DNA of 61,451 nt, the filler included, from Bonamia ostreae (lineage: Eukaryota), in the NCBI GenBank assembly GCA_040357525.1. It is 12 parts of 12 records of this genome, joined end to end, with 100 filler letters (N's around TTAATTAATTAA, not from the genome) between each part and the next. Parts side by side here need not be neighbours in the genome. Positions count along the whole stretch, not along the records: positions 10,315 to 15,366 come from JBDODL010000234.1; positions 15,467 to 20,514 come from JBDODL010000235.1; positions 20,615 to 25,652 come from JBDODL010000236.1; 9 more parts are not named here. One strand, written 5' to 3'. The notes under the pieces are model-generated. The model was not told where the DNA came from. It searched no databases and saw only the letters and a list, made by a program, of their open reading frames with translations. Of the stretch, positions 10,799 to 23,743 are shown one piece after another. Made by a program: the position numbers and the translations under genes. The stretch's first letter is position 1. The number at the start of each line of letters is the position of its first letter.

Positions 10799-13700
10799 TC
10801 ATTCCAACACGATGACATCAAGGCCATCGTCAATTTCCACAACTTTTTCTTCCAAACCATTTTCTTCACTGCTTTTTTCGGATTCCGGCGCTTTCTCTTC
10901 AGCCATTTCAGTCAAATCAATAATTTCCAGCGCGCGCATCGGGACCATTAATGGCCTTATTTTGGGCACTTTCTTGTCTCTGTAAACTTCTTCGTATTCA
11001 GATTCTTCTTCGAAGTGTTCGCTGATTGAAATCTCGTTGTCGAAATCTTCGGGATGTGTTAAGCGATAGCGTTTAAGGGCGACGAGTTTTTTGCGCCGCT
11101 TGGAGCGGCTTTTTTTCCGGACGCTGAGGTCGACAATGTGAGTTGTTTCAGGGGATTTTTTGTTTGTGCCGAGCGGGTTGGAATTGTAGAGAGATTTCCA
11201 ATACACTCTTTGGCTAATTTTAGCAATTTTTTAAAGTCGAATTTGTTGTTTGGCCAGTTTAAGTTGTAAATAGAAACGCTCTTATTATGTTGTCGAGACT
11301 GAATAAGAAATCGGATTCTATCGACGGCTTCGGGTCCTTTGAATTAAATTGAAGAACAAATATAATTAAAAAATCGAATTAAAAAATTAACAAAAATTGA
11401 ATTAAAAAATCGAATTACAAAAATTGAACTAAAAAATTAGTAAAAATTGAATTAAAAAAATCGAATTAAGAAATGAATTATAATAATCAAAAAAATTGAA
11501 GAACAAAAATAATAAAAAAATCGAATTAAAAAAATGAATAAAAATAATAAAAAAATCTAATTAAAAAATGAATAAAAATGATTAAAAAATTGAATTTAAA
11601 AAAATCGAATTAAAATGATTAAAAAATTGAAGAATAAAAATGATTAAAAAATCGAATTACAAAAATTAAAAAAATGAACAAAATCACTAAAATCGCCCAA
11701 AAGCCCCGAAATGCAATGAGCGGCGCATTGCGCGACAACTTTCGCATTGTAGCCGCCTTCGAGAAACAAAAGGACTTTTCCATTGCTCTGTTCTCTGATC
11801 AAACGCTCCGTCATGTAATGGAACATTCTCGGAGTCACTTCCAACAGCCCCAACAAATCGCCTCCCGCCGAATCGAACCCGGAAGAGACGAACACCGCGT
11901 CCGGAGCAAATTCCTTCAGAATCGGCGAAACGACGTGGTCGAAGATGGATCTGAATTCGCCGTCGCCAGAGCCGATCGCGACGGGGATGTTGACGTTGCG
12001 CCCGCGAGCGCTGCGACCTCCGACATCGGAAATGCCGCCGGTGCCGGGGAACATTTCCTTTCCGGTGATATCTTTGATTGAAATTTAGTTCAACCGAATT
12101 CTTGATGGACGGAAATGTAAACGATTTTGTCGTCGTCGTAGAAGATGTCTTCTGTTCCGTTTCCGTGGTGCAGGTCCCAGTCGAAAACCAAAATCTTTAT
12201 TTCCGGATTTTTGGCTTGCAAGTTTTTTATAGCGATTCTTTATTGCCATTTTTGGATTTAGCAATTTTAAATAGGCCATTTTAAGTTAAAACGCGATGTT
12301 GTTGACGTGGCAGAACCCGTATTTTCTGTCCAAATCGCAATGGTGTCCTGGCGGTCTCACCATACAAAAGCCTTTTTGCAAAATCGATTTATTTTGTTTT
12401 TTACAGAATTTGCAAAAATTTATTTATTTTGTTTTTTAGAGAATTTGTGCAAAAATCGATTTATTTTGTTTTTTTTACAGAATTTGTGCAAAATTTATTT
12501 ATTTTGTTTTTTTTACAGAATTTGTGAAAAAATCGATTTATTTTGTTTTTTACAGAGTTTGTGCAAAAATCGATTTATTTTGTTTTTTACATAATTTGTG
12601 CAAAAATCGATTTATTTTGTTTTTTGCAGAATTTGTGCAAAAATCGATTTATTTTGTTTTTTGCAGAATTTGTGCAAAAATTTGTTTATTTTGTTTTTTT
12701 ACAGAATTTGTGCAAAAATTTATTTATTTTGTTTTTTACATAATTTGTGCAAAAATTTATTTATTTTGTTTTTTACATAATTTGTGCAAAAATCGATTTA
12801 TTTTGTTTTTTACAGAATTTGTACAAAAATCGATTTATTTTGTTTATATTGAGATTGAAACTAAAACTTAGCCAAACCGTTATTTAACTTTCCTTCAATT
12901 ACAAGTTCTGAAAGAGCGACGCATTGCGCCACACTTTGTTTGACCGAATTTATAGTGAAAACCGATTCGTAATACGAATCGTTGTTGTTGGAATCACAGA
13001 TCGCTTCTCCGATTCTTTCGTTCAGGATAAATAAATCTTCCATGTGATCTTTTGTGTGCGCCAGTTTTATCAACTTTTACGTTAAATTTATTTATTTTGA
13101 CAATTTTTTAGTCAAACCTCTTTAACGCTAAAAATACTTGAATTAGCGATAATTGGGAAACATCTTTTTTTCAAACCGGACAACGTCAAGACGTCCAAAC
13201 AAGCGTCGTAACGTTCTGGGCTATTAGAAAAGTTTAGCAAAGTCGATTTTTTCAAAATTTGAAAATTAAATAAAAAATTTAAATTTGAAAACTAAAAACT
13301 TCAAAATTTGAAAATAAAAACTTCAAAATTTGATAATAAAATAATTGAAATTTGATATTAAAAAGTTAATTTGAAAACAAAAAAATAAAAACTTCAAAAT
13401 TTGATAATAAAAATAACTGAAATTTGAAAATATTTGAAAATAAAAATTCGAAACTCAAAAAAATTAAATAAAATGTCTTCAAAACTTTTCCGGCTCTTCC
13501 GAATTCCCGAAATGGAAAAGACATTCTTCGTCAAAAGCTAAACCAGTTCTATTTCCACAATTTTTCTTTCTTTCGAAACCGTTCTCAGAGCCATTTTGCA
13601 AAACTTTTCGTTTTCCGTTTTTAGCCAATTTTTTCGTTTTCAGAGATTCCGCAAATTCTTCGTCGGAATGAAAAATGTTTTTGACCGGAAAATACCAATT

Positions 13701-14106
13701 TTTATGTTTTATCATTTTGTTTCTTTTCTTCAGAGTCTTTTTTATGTTCTCGCATTCGCCGTCCGATTCGATTTTTTCTCCGTTTTTGGATTGCTTTAAA
13801 ATCAGTTTAGCTTGTTTTAAGCTCTTTTTAATGCCATTTCTGTTCAGTTTTCTGCGTTTTCCTTTAAAATACGCGTTTTCCGCTTTTTCCAAAGTTTTTC
13901 TTTCTTTGAGCTTAAAATTTTATTGGATTATAAGAACTATTAGATGACCGCGGCTAAGCCATTGATATTTCTCGTCGCCTTTTAACTTAAAACTGAAAAC
14001 CAGCGAGCTTTACTTTTTATTCCAAATGTCCGGAAAGTCGTTTATTGAGGTTTTTGCCCATATCGACGGAATTGGCAGTTAGAGGTTTTTTAGTGATTGG
14101 AGCCAT
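10799..14106 (-). CDS. Class II histone deacetylase (HDA1/HDAC6-like), multi-exon, start uncertain
   Basis: Motifs across exons: TGLAFDEECLFH, PERY, VRPPGHH, GFCHVNNIA, DWDLHHGNGT, FPGTG, SSGFDSAGGDLLG, LEGGY, YWKSL. Confidence 0.92.
12372..12877 (-). repeat. ~40-bp minisatellite filling a 506-nt HDAC intron
   Basis: About 12 copies of cagaatttgtgcaaaaatcgatttattttgttttt lie between the donor at 12877 and the acceptor at 12372; splicing gives NNGFCMVRPPGHH. Confidence 0.9.
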
Positions 14107-14421
14107 TTTGCTAAATTTTGTTTAAAATTTACTATTTAAATTTGACTAATTTTTTTTAACTTTTTGAACGATTTTGACTGATTTGATTTTCCGTATCTTG
14201 GATTATTGTTTATTTGACTTTATAATTTTTCGTTCGGATACAAATTTTTGTTTTAGTAATCTAAGATTTGCTATTTGGCAAATGAGCAAACGTTAATTTT
14301 TGATGATTGTGATTAATTGTTATTCACGATAAATTTTTGATGAACAAACATTAAATTAATTGTCTCAAGTTCCTGGGGTCGCTATGACGTTCCCCTAAAC
14401 TTAAATAAAAAAATATAAAAA

Positions 14422-14655
14422 AGACAGATTTTGCACTTATTTCAAACAGCCATATTTTACAAATGGCTCCTCCGAATTTAAAAGATTACATTGCGTCGGC
14501 TTCGCATACGCCTTTGTCAGAAAAATAATGATAAACGAAAATTGTATTGATATTTATTAAAGATTCTCGGTTGTGGAAATGCCAAATAAAGGACGCGAAC
14601 GCACAGTACACGAGAAAGATAACCAAGCGCTAACCACTAGGCCGACAACTCATTT
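14422..14655 (-). ncRNA. Candidate structured ncRNA or tRNA-derived Pol III element (unidentified)
   Basis: GC-richer intergenic island with A-box-like CGGCCTAGTGG (14644-14634) and B-box-like GTTCGCGTCC (14600-14591) at tRNA spacing. Helices TTCTCG/CGAGAA, GTCGGC/GCCGAC and AGCCAT/ATGGCT; T-runs downstream. Confidence 0.4.
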
Positions 14656-14752
14656 GCAACCAGAAAAAAATATTTAAATAAAAACATAAAATTTTTAAAG
14701 CTGAGATAAGCTTAAAAATTAAAATCATAACAAAATTACATACTTTTCGATA

Positions 14753-15366
14753 ATGCATTCTTTTTATACTGTGCGAAACGGCAGAACATTTAACAGAGAA
14801 AACCCAAACGAAGCTCTCAGTCGAGCTCTAGTTCGGGTTCTAAGACACGAAGCTCTCAGATTGAGGCTTCCGTTGCGCAAAGACGGATTTGTTCCGCTTA
14901 ACAAAGTGATGCAAGTCGGACGAGTAAGAAGACTCAATCCGACGATTCCGTCAATCATAGAAGTCGTAAAAAACTGCCCCAAACAAAGACTAAGTCTAAA
15001 AAGCATCGACGGGGTTCTAATGATTCGAGCAAATCAAGCTCACACAATAAAAAATATTGCGACCGAAAAGCTTTTGACACCGATCCAAAATTGTAAAGCT
15101 TTTCCGGTGGTTGTCCATGGAACTTATTACACGCCATGGCAGACGATCAAGTCTCAGGGATTGAGTCGGATGGAAAGAAACCACATCCATTTTACTAAAG
15201 GAGGTTTTAGCTTTCGGGCTTTAATTTTAATTTGATATTATTGTAAATCGTTAATGTGAATCGAATTTTATATCGCCAAAAAAAGACAATCTCAATGAAA
15301 CGAAAAGTGGGTTCAGGTCAAGAAGTGAGGTGCTAATATATTTGGATCTGCAAAAGGCGATGTCAG
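14753..15366 (+). CDS. TPT1: tRNA 2'-phosphotransferase Tpt1/KptA (3' truncated)
   Basis: LSRALVRVLRH, DGFV, KQR, IRANQAHT, HGT, GLSRMERNHIHF and a spliced SGFR..SEVLIYLD. Confidence 0.95.
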
Positions 15367-15466
15367 NNNNNNNNNNNNNNNNNNNNNNNNNNNNNNNNNN
15401 NNNNNNNNNNTTAATTAATTAANNNNNNNNNNNNNNNNNNNNNNNNNNNNNNNNNNNNNNNNNNNN

Positions 15467-18400
15467 CAATTGATAAAAACTAAATTTATGTTATAAAAAC
15501 AATTTTGTCAAACGAATCTGGATAAACATCTTCCGAACATAAAACGGCAAAAGCAAATTTTTTAATAATCAAAGACTTAGTTTCCGAACTTTCACCAAAT
15601 ATCGATTTTGAAAACTTAAATTTTAAAATTTTTATAAAACATTTAAAATTTTCTGTTTATAAAATGACATCCTTTTTGTCTTTCTAATTACATTCGTCCA
15701 AAATGAAAGACAGAAACTATTATTCTCAAAAAAGTGCTGTCCATCAAAAATCGATGTGACTAAATTTTAAAATTTAGAAAACTTTCTTTGTTGATTTGGC
15801 TGTCAAAACTTTCCGGAAAAGTCAAAATTGTGTAAAGAGCAAACTCTTTTTGTTTTTGAATTTTTTCGTCGTTTAATGTTTTTTTAAGAATCGACGTCTT
15901 TTTAAAATAAAATTTTTCAAAAATCAAATTTTTTAAAATTTCTATCTTAAAATATTTCTAATTTAATAAAAATTGTTGAATTTGCCAAAACATATTTGCT
16001 GATAATTTGATTTCCAATTTTATTGTCAGAATCTTTGAAGACGGAAACGAACAAGAAACCAATTATATTAGCAAAAAATTGCAAAATTATATTTTCAATA
16101 TTTTCTCCGCCAAATTTTAGCAAAACCAAATTTGGAAGTTTATCAAAATCTTAAAATTGCCATTTTTAAAAATTTTTCAAAATAGTAAAATTTAGACCTT
16201 TATTTCTATCTTCGATCCAATTGGCCAAATTTAACATTTTTTGTTGCCCGTTTTCGGATCGAATAAATGATGGAGGTGCAATTATCAGCTAAAATTAAAT
16301 TTTAAGAATTAAAATTTAAAACTTGTTCAATTTGGCTAAAGTCCTTAAAATTTAGAAATAGGGAGATTTTTGAATACAATTCATTTTGGATATCCTCTTT
16401 ATGCAATCCGCCATCGACGTTTACTCCGCATCGATAAATAAAAACAAAAATAATATTCTTAAAATTTGCAATTAAACAATTGTCCAAAGATTTAAGACGA
16501 CTTTGTCGATGTTTTTTTCAATTTTGTTTTCAAAGTGCAAAAGGTTTTTAAGCGTTCCCCAACAAAAAACTAGTTGTTCTTTTTTACAAAATTTTGTTTT
16601 ACGGGATAAAATGGCGAAAACAAATATTAATAAAATTTAAAATCGAAAAAAACAATATTTTTTAAAATTTAAAAATCAATAAAAAACAAAATTTTGTAAT
16701 ATTTAAAAATCAATTAAAAACAAAATTTTGTAAAATTTAAAAATCGAAAAAAACATAATTTTGCAAAATTTAAAAATGGGAAAACAAAATTTAATAAATT
16801 ATAAAAAAAATTTGAAATAAAAAACGCAAATCGCATTTTCTGATGAACGAATCAATAAAATGCAAAATAAAAAATGGATTTGGATTATCTCCTTTTTGCT
16901 CTAATAATTTGACTGCGCCGTGAAGAACAAATGACGGATTGGCCAGTTGCAGTGAATTCAATGTTTCCAATAACGGAATCGTCGTTTTTGTTTTTATACT
17001 TTTTGTAACAAAAAACGCATTTTTGTTTGTCCTTTTTGGGCTTAAATTTGATCTGATTGTCAAAATAGCAACCTTTTTTATTTTTCAGCAAAATTTAAAT
17101 TTTGAAGAAAATTTTTGTTGTAAAATTTTAGAATAATTATTCAAAAACAGTTTGCCAACAGACGATGAAACTGCCGATAACTTGAGAAGGACAAACAGAG
17201 AGAAAAAAGTTCATCGTTTCAAAAATCAAATTTTCGATTTTTAAAATTATTTCATTTTTTTCTCCGTTATTTTTTAAAAAAGCTAAATTTTACAAATTGT
17301 AAAAACATTTTATTTTACGATTAATGTTTCCGAACAAAAACCAAATTTCAGGAAGTTTGGATAAAAATTCATTTTTATCTAAATTTTTAGCCGAAATAAA
17401 TTTTAGAAAAAGCTAAGTTTGTTTTAAAAAGCTAAATTTTTTAACCAGAATTATCATTCAAACAATCAGAATAAATACAACAAAATGTTTTTAGGACCAA
17501 AAAGTAATTTTGGATTCCTTCAAAAACAAATAATTGGCGGATAAGCGCATCTAAAATTTCCAGAACGATTTTTGGCGAATCTGATTTTAACACTTTAAAT
17601 TGGACAATCAATTCTGTCCAATTTTGTAAACAAAAATTTGATTTTTTGTACTTTTCGATTTTAAGCAAATTTTTGAAAATTTTGCACTTTTCGTCTTCTT
17701 CAAATGCGCTTTCCGGGATGTTTTCCTTGTTTTCTGACAAATTTTCCTATTTTTGGTAATTGATTAAAAATTGATTTTTCGACAATTTTAGAAAAAGACA
17801 AAAATTTGTAATTAAAAATAGTTTTGCTAAAATTGCCGATTTACAAAATTTAATATTTCATTTAAAAATACAATTGTAATAATAAAATTTTGCACTTAAA
17901 AACATCAAAAAGATTTTCCTTTTTGTCAAAATATTTTGTATTCAAAATTGTCGACGTTTTTATAGCGACTTTTAATAAAAATTAAAAAAAAAACGGAAAA
18001 CTGTGTCCAAAAACATTTCGTTTTGAAATATTTTTGTTTTGACAATTTCTGGAAACGAAATCATTATTTTAACCATTTTCAAAATCTCTGTCTTTACAGC
18101 AAAATTTGATCAAAAATTTTTTATATTAATTTTTTCAAATTGAATCAAAATATTTTAAAACAAAAATATTCAAAACAAAATATTTATATAAAAATTAGCC
18201 AAATTAAAGCAAAAACTTGTAATCTAGAGTCCGTTTCGAAAAGAGCAAATCGCAATGATTGAAAACTTTGCTCTCCCAAATCAATTATCGTTTTTTCTGC
18301 CAAAATTTTGAATTTTTCTTTATAAAAATGACAAAAAATTTTCCTCAAAAAGCGATTTATGTGCACTAAAAAATTTTTTGTTTCTTCTTTTTCGCAATTT

Positions 18401-20514
18401 TTCTCAGCACTTTTGGAACAAATTGAAGCTAAATCAATCGATTTTTCTACAACATTTTTAGTTTTTATCAAATTTGAATTTTTTTCATCGATTTTCTTCA
18501 AAATAATTAAAATTTGGCTAAATCTCAAAATAATCTTTTTAAGATTTTGCGGAGTGTTCAAATCTGTAAAATTGTTTTCTGTTATTTGAAAGTTCAAAAT
18601 ATCGTCTAAAATGGATTTGACGGATTTGTCGAATAAGTTTTTGTCTTTTCTTTTTTTATTAAAAATTTTTTTGTTTTGTACAAATTTATCGTTTTGGAAA
18701 AATTTTGTACTTGTTTTGGACAAATTTTTTGTTTTGTACAAATTTATCGTTTTTGGACAAATTATAAAAACATTATCCAATTAGCAAAATCTTCGAAATA
18801 AAATTTTGTGTTTTCGTTAAAATTCAATTTATCAACAAAAAAATCGATTATCCGATCTTCCAAATTGTTAAATTTCAAATCGACTTTTGCTATCGAACCG
18901 ATTTGAAGCATCGCGTTAAAGTTTCCAATTTTTATCAATTTATCAAAAAATTTCTTGATTTTATCGCGTTAAATAAAATTTAACAAATTGTTAAAGTTTT
19001 CCAAAAAATTATGAACAAAATTAAATTAAAAATTAGAATTAGCAAAAATAAAAATTTAGACAAATATTAAAAATTAGCAAAAATAATTTTTAGTCAAAAA
19101 CATCCGATAATTTGGAATTTAGAATTTTAACAAATGTTTTTTCTGTCAATGAAAATTCGTCAAATTTTAATATTTTTGCGAAAGCTTCAAAAATCACATT
19201 TTCATTGTTACCAAAATCATTTTCATTGTCACAACACTCAAAATTGTTGTAAATATCGACGAATTGGTCAACCGCCAAACAAGTTAACTCAATCTTTGAC
19301 GACGATTGTTTGTCAGCCATTTTTAGACATTTCAAAACTGTTTTATCGAAAAGATTTTTTACGTGAAAATTGTTTAATCCGGAACCGCTTTCGAGAGCCA
19401 TTTTTAAATCAACCTTCATTTCGCTTTGTAGCAATTTGAGCTCTGTTTCGCTGTTCATAAAATTTTGTCGATTGTGATAATTTTTCGTTTTTCGGAATTT
19501 GTTAATGACGTTTTTCGGAATTGAAAAGTTATTTTTCGAATTTGATAAAAATTTGGCCAAAAAATTTGTGGCTTGTGAATATTCTTTGTCGGGAAGAGAA
19601 TTGACGTTTTGTAATGTGAATAATAACAAATTAGACATTTCCTTCAAATCTTCTTCGTCATTTAATTTTTCCTCGATATCGAAAATTCTTAAAATGACTT
19701 TGTCTAAAATTCCAAAAACGCCATTTTTCGTGAAAAATAATCGTTTTGTAAATTTTTGAAGCAATTTCCAGCGATTGCTTCTTTCGATTTTTCCCAAAAT
19801 TTTAGTTATTTTATCAAAATTTTTGTTTTGGCCGTTTTTGTCGAAAATGATTAAAATCGATTTTGTGAAAAAATCAGTTAAATCAATTTTTTCGCAAATC
19901 GTGGAATGATTTTTTAAAATATAAATTGTCACAGCGTACTCATTTTCGTCAACAATACCGTTATTTTCGCTATCAAATGTTTGATAGAGGCGGTCGAAAA
20001 ACGATTTTATTGCAATTGAAAATGAAGTTTTGACTTGACCGTCCGATAAATAAGAATAATCTTTTAAAAAGTTGTTCGACTTTACATTATTTTCTTCCTA
20101 AAAATTGACTATAAAAACAGATGACATTTTAAGAAAACAGCTGAAAAAAATATCTTCAATTTCTTTCAAGCTAAAAATAGAAAATGAAGAAGGAAAGAAT
20201 TTCGATAAAAGACTGATTGTTCTGTCACTGACTTCTTTGTCGATATCTTTAATTCCGGAAATCAGGGCGAGTACAAATTCTGAATGGTTGTTTTCTGGTA
20301 ACAGCTTAAAGCTGTTTGTCAAATTTACACTTTCGAAAGAGCGTTGAATGTAGTTCAGAATGCAGATTCTGGACTAAATTTGGAAAATGTTATTTTTAAA
20401 TTTGACCTTGGGCGATAAGTAGAAGCAACGCCATAAAGAATTGATGAATTTGTCTTTGCTGAGATTAGTCCAAATCTTATTGAGCAATGTTTTGGTCCTT
20501 TGAAATAAAGAGGA
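15467..20514 (-). CDS. Dopey/Dop1-like large scaffold protein, internal fragment, many introns
   Basis: FINSLWRCFYLSP..RICILNYI...ALISGIKDIDKEVSDRTISLLSKFFP resembles Dopey_N; IFDGQHFF..LSFWTNVI resembles the Dopey C-terminal region. Recognised by eye only. Confidence 0.55.
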
Positions 20515-20840
20515 NNNNNNNNNNNNNNNNNNNNNNNNNNNNNNNNNNNNNNNNNNNNTTAATTAATTAANNNNNNNNNNNNNNNNNNNNNNNNNNNNNN
20601 NNNNNNNNNNNNNNTGTTTAATGACAAAATAATAACCGAAATTTGTTATTTTTTGTTATTTTTGGTGAAAACCAATAAAAATTAGAGAAAGAAGTTGAAT
20701 CAGATATATCAATCGATGCCAGAAGACATTTGTTGAAGCGTTACAAAGTTCGATCGAGTTTTCACGACACATTTATTTAAATGGGAATATTTGATTTTTT
20801 TATATTTTGATTTTTACAAACAATAAAATTTGTAAAATAT

Positions 20841-23158
20841 TTACTCATCGTGTGGAATAGTACTCCCTGAAATTAGTCTTCTTTCGGGACAGCAACATCT
20901 TATGCAACAAGAAAACGCGAACAGAAAACCAAAAAATATTAATGTTCGTAACCAGGCCGGAATTTTGCCCTCCAATTTTCCAGAATTTCTGTCATCCTGT
21001 GGCGCGTTTTCATCTTAAGATTAATAAAATGTCAAAATGTAACAAAAATTATATTTCTCCAAAATACCACAAAATTTAATGGCGCAGATTTTTTCAGCCA
21101 AAAATATTTTTCGTCGATACAAAAAACAAGATTTTTAAAATTTAAAGGCGATAAAATAAAACCAAAACAGAGAGCATTGACGCACTTCAAAGTGCAACAA
21201 TCGCTATCGATTGAACAAGGATAATTCAGTGGAAAACAATCTTTGTCGACACAGCAAACTTGACCTGTGTTTCTAACGAAGTGAACCTTTCCATTCGTTG
21301 CAATAATGTGTCGAGGGTATTCCGACAATTTGACTAAGCAAAAAGTATTCAATTCCAATCCATATTCCACAACGTTTACTTGTAATTCCGCAAATGTCGC
21401 CATGCGCTTTCTGATGTTGTAGGTTATCTCTTTTCCTCTCACCAAAAAGGTAGTTTTGTAACTCTGCGATTCGCATTCTTTTTCTGCTTTGTCGATCGAG
21501 ACTATTCTTCTCGGTATCGTTATGTTTTCTTTTTGTTACATTGTTACCAACAATTCGTTTACTGTTATAGAAAATTTTCGCTATTGATTGCTACAACATT
21601 ACAAAAACTGTTTTCGCAACACCACGATCCTTTTAATTTTGAAGAAGATTGCATCCCATAAGAATATTCCATGAACAGTTTTCCATGTTTTGTGAACACA
21701 TTAGTTCGTCCAACGCGATCTTTGGATTCGTCTTTGATCTCGTTTGCTGCTTCGTCGACTTGGGCAGGAGTGCAAAGGGTGTAATATTGGTCATGATTGT
21801 TAATGTAGTCAAAAAAAGAATTGTATCGTTTTAGCAGCACTTGTGCGCTTGTGTCATACAAAACAAATCCTTTTAAGACCGTTGGTCGGAAATTTTCAAT
21901 CGCTTTATTCTTCACCATTTGAGCGTAGTTGCTTATGTGGCCGATGCAAAATTGTCCTTTGAGCTCGATTGATTTCACTACTACATTATGTAAGCAATTT
22001 TTCCCGTCAATAGAAAAAAGCTTGAATTCAGCCCTGCCAACTGAAAAATCGCATCGTTTTCCTCTAAAATACTTTTCACTGAAAAAAGATATTTTGCAAT
22101 AGTCAAAATTCCCATCTAATTTTTTAATGTGAAAAACATGGTTTGCAATTCAAGTCACAATAATCCCACTTTTCTTTGGCTTTATCGTCGTCAACAAGAC
22201 AAAACTTGTATTATTATTCAGTGATTAATTTTCAAAAAAGATAAATCAATTCTGAAAATTTTGGCTGAAAATATTAAATTTTGGTTTATCGAAAAACTGG
22301 TTTACTACGTTCGTCGGGATTTCTACAGAAATTTTGATCGAATGCAGCAAGCTTAAATGTATGTTTTTGTGGATACAGTTTGTCCCAATTTTGGCATTTG
22401 TACCCTTTTGCAGTTTTGCTCAAAGTACCTTTGTATTCTTTTCCAGTGCCTTCACAATCTTTACAAATTGGTAAATACAAATCTAAACCGTCATAGGGAC
22501 CACGCTCTATGGCGCAATAATAGACGTAGCCAGAATAATAAACGTGTTGAAACATTGGCACAATTCCTGTGTAATCAAACGTTTTAAGGCATTTGTTATT
22601 CTTGTTCAGAATTGCAGTTGATAAGACCATGGATAGATCGGGATGGTAAGCCCAGAAATGTTTGCAGCCATATCGACCAGTTTTGTAATATCTTTCCAAT
22701 TCTGGTTTGTGACATAGCCTTTTCCTGTATCTTTGACATGTTTGAAATGCTTTTGAAGCCGAATCGGGTTGTCCATACATATAAGGAAATGCTTTTGTTC
22801 AATAAGTTGCAATTTTAATACATTTTTTATAAAAATAAACAATCGAAATCTTTCAAAGTGTACTGTGGTCTTGCTTGGAATGGACGCATCATTCCAAAAA
22901 TTAAAAATATAAGAAATATATCCATTCTTAAAACGCTTCGGTTTAGATTTTTTTAGATTTTTCAACTTTATTTTTCTTTCGTTTCTGAGTTAAATATCTC
23001 CAAAAATGAACATTTTTGTTTAGGTTGCGATAATTTAAAAACAATGTTACTTCAGATTTTTGATTTATATATATTACCGATAACGTCTTTATGTGTATTT
23101 CGAATTCAATGGCGAAAATAACTCCAACGAGGAGAGCAAAGATTATTTCATATTTCAT
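20841..23158 (-). CDS. Type I membrane protein: signal peptide, Link/CTL-like module, kringle, beta/gamma-crystallin-like segment, Cys modules, knottin, TM, Cys-rich tail (paralog 1)
   Basis: MKYEIIFALLVGVIFA; kringle YKGTLSKTAKGYKCQNW...NFCRNPD...WDYC; CFPLNYPCSIDSDCCTLKCVNALC; TM followed by CCIRCCCP. Confidence 0.8.
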
Positions 23159-23222
23159 ATGGATTAATATCTTTCTTTTGCTGGTAACACAATAAAAAAA
23201 TTAGATTCTATCTGTTCTATCA

Positions 23223-23694
23223 ATGGTTGCGAAGATTTATCGATCTCTTAGCAACATTTTTTTAATTGTTATCGGATCCTGCGCTATCGTTGGAAGGGAT
23301 TTCAATATTATTTGTGTTTTATTTTTATTCATCCTATCTGTTGTTTCTTTTTTGTCGTCATGGGATACAATAATAAGGATAATGCTTCAAAGCTCGTTAA
23401 ACAAAAACAAACTGTTCGGGTGCATCATCGGATTTTTTTCTATGTTTACATATGTAAATTTTTGATAACATCGCTTCAAAGGGATCAAATATATATTTTT
23501 CTAAGGTGCTCTACGATGAATTACGAAAATCAAGTTTATAAACAATTTTTTTGTATTTAGACATAAGAACCGAAGACGTACGTCACGGGGATACAAGATT
23601 TTTAAACATGTTTAGAAACAGAGATAGAAGAAACCAGGAAGAACAAAGTACTTTTCAACCGTTTGAGGGATCTGGGCGTAAAATTAATGAATAA
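23223..23694 (+). CDS. Small multi-TM protein with C-terminal SHP box (Cdc48/p97-binding)
   Basis: Hydrophobic first exon; last exon ends FQPFEGSGRKINE* (FxGxGxxh). Confidence 0.55.
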
Positions 23695-23743
23695 CGTTTG
23701 CATTTTTGTGATTTAGGTCTACAAAAGGATATTAATAAGATAT

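Noticed and set aside
12372-12845. Regular repeats resembling a CRISPR array (also 6233-6590, 34548-35012, 53470-53810)
   Set aside because: Head-to-tail units with no unique spacers, no cas genes, and located in eukaryotic introns or CDS.
14364-14515. Plus-strand U1-like motifs (CCTGGGG, TTGCAC, CAAATG hairpin, TTCG)
   Set aside because: No ACTTAC-like 5' end, no U1-70K loop, and a long A-tract interrupts the fold.
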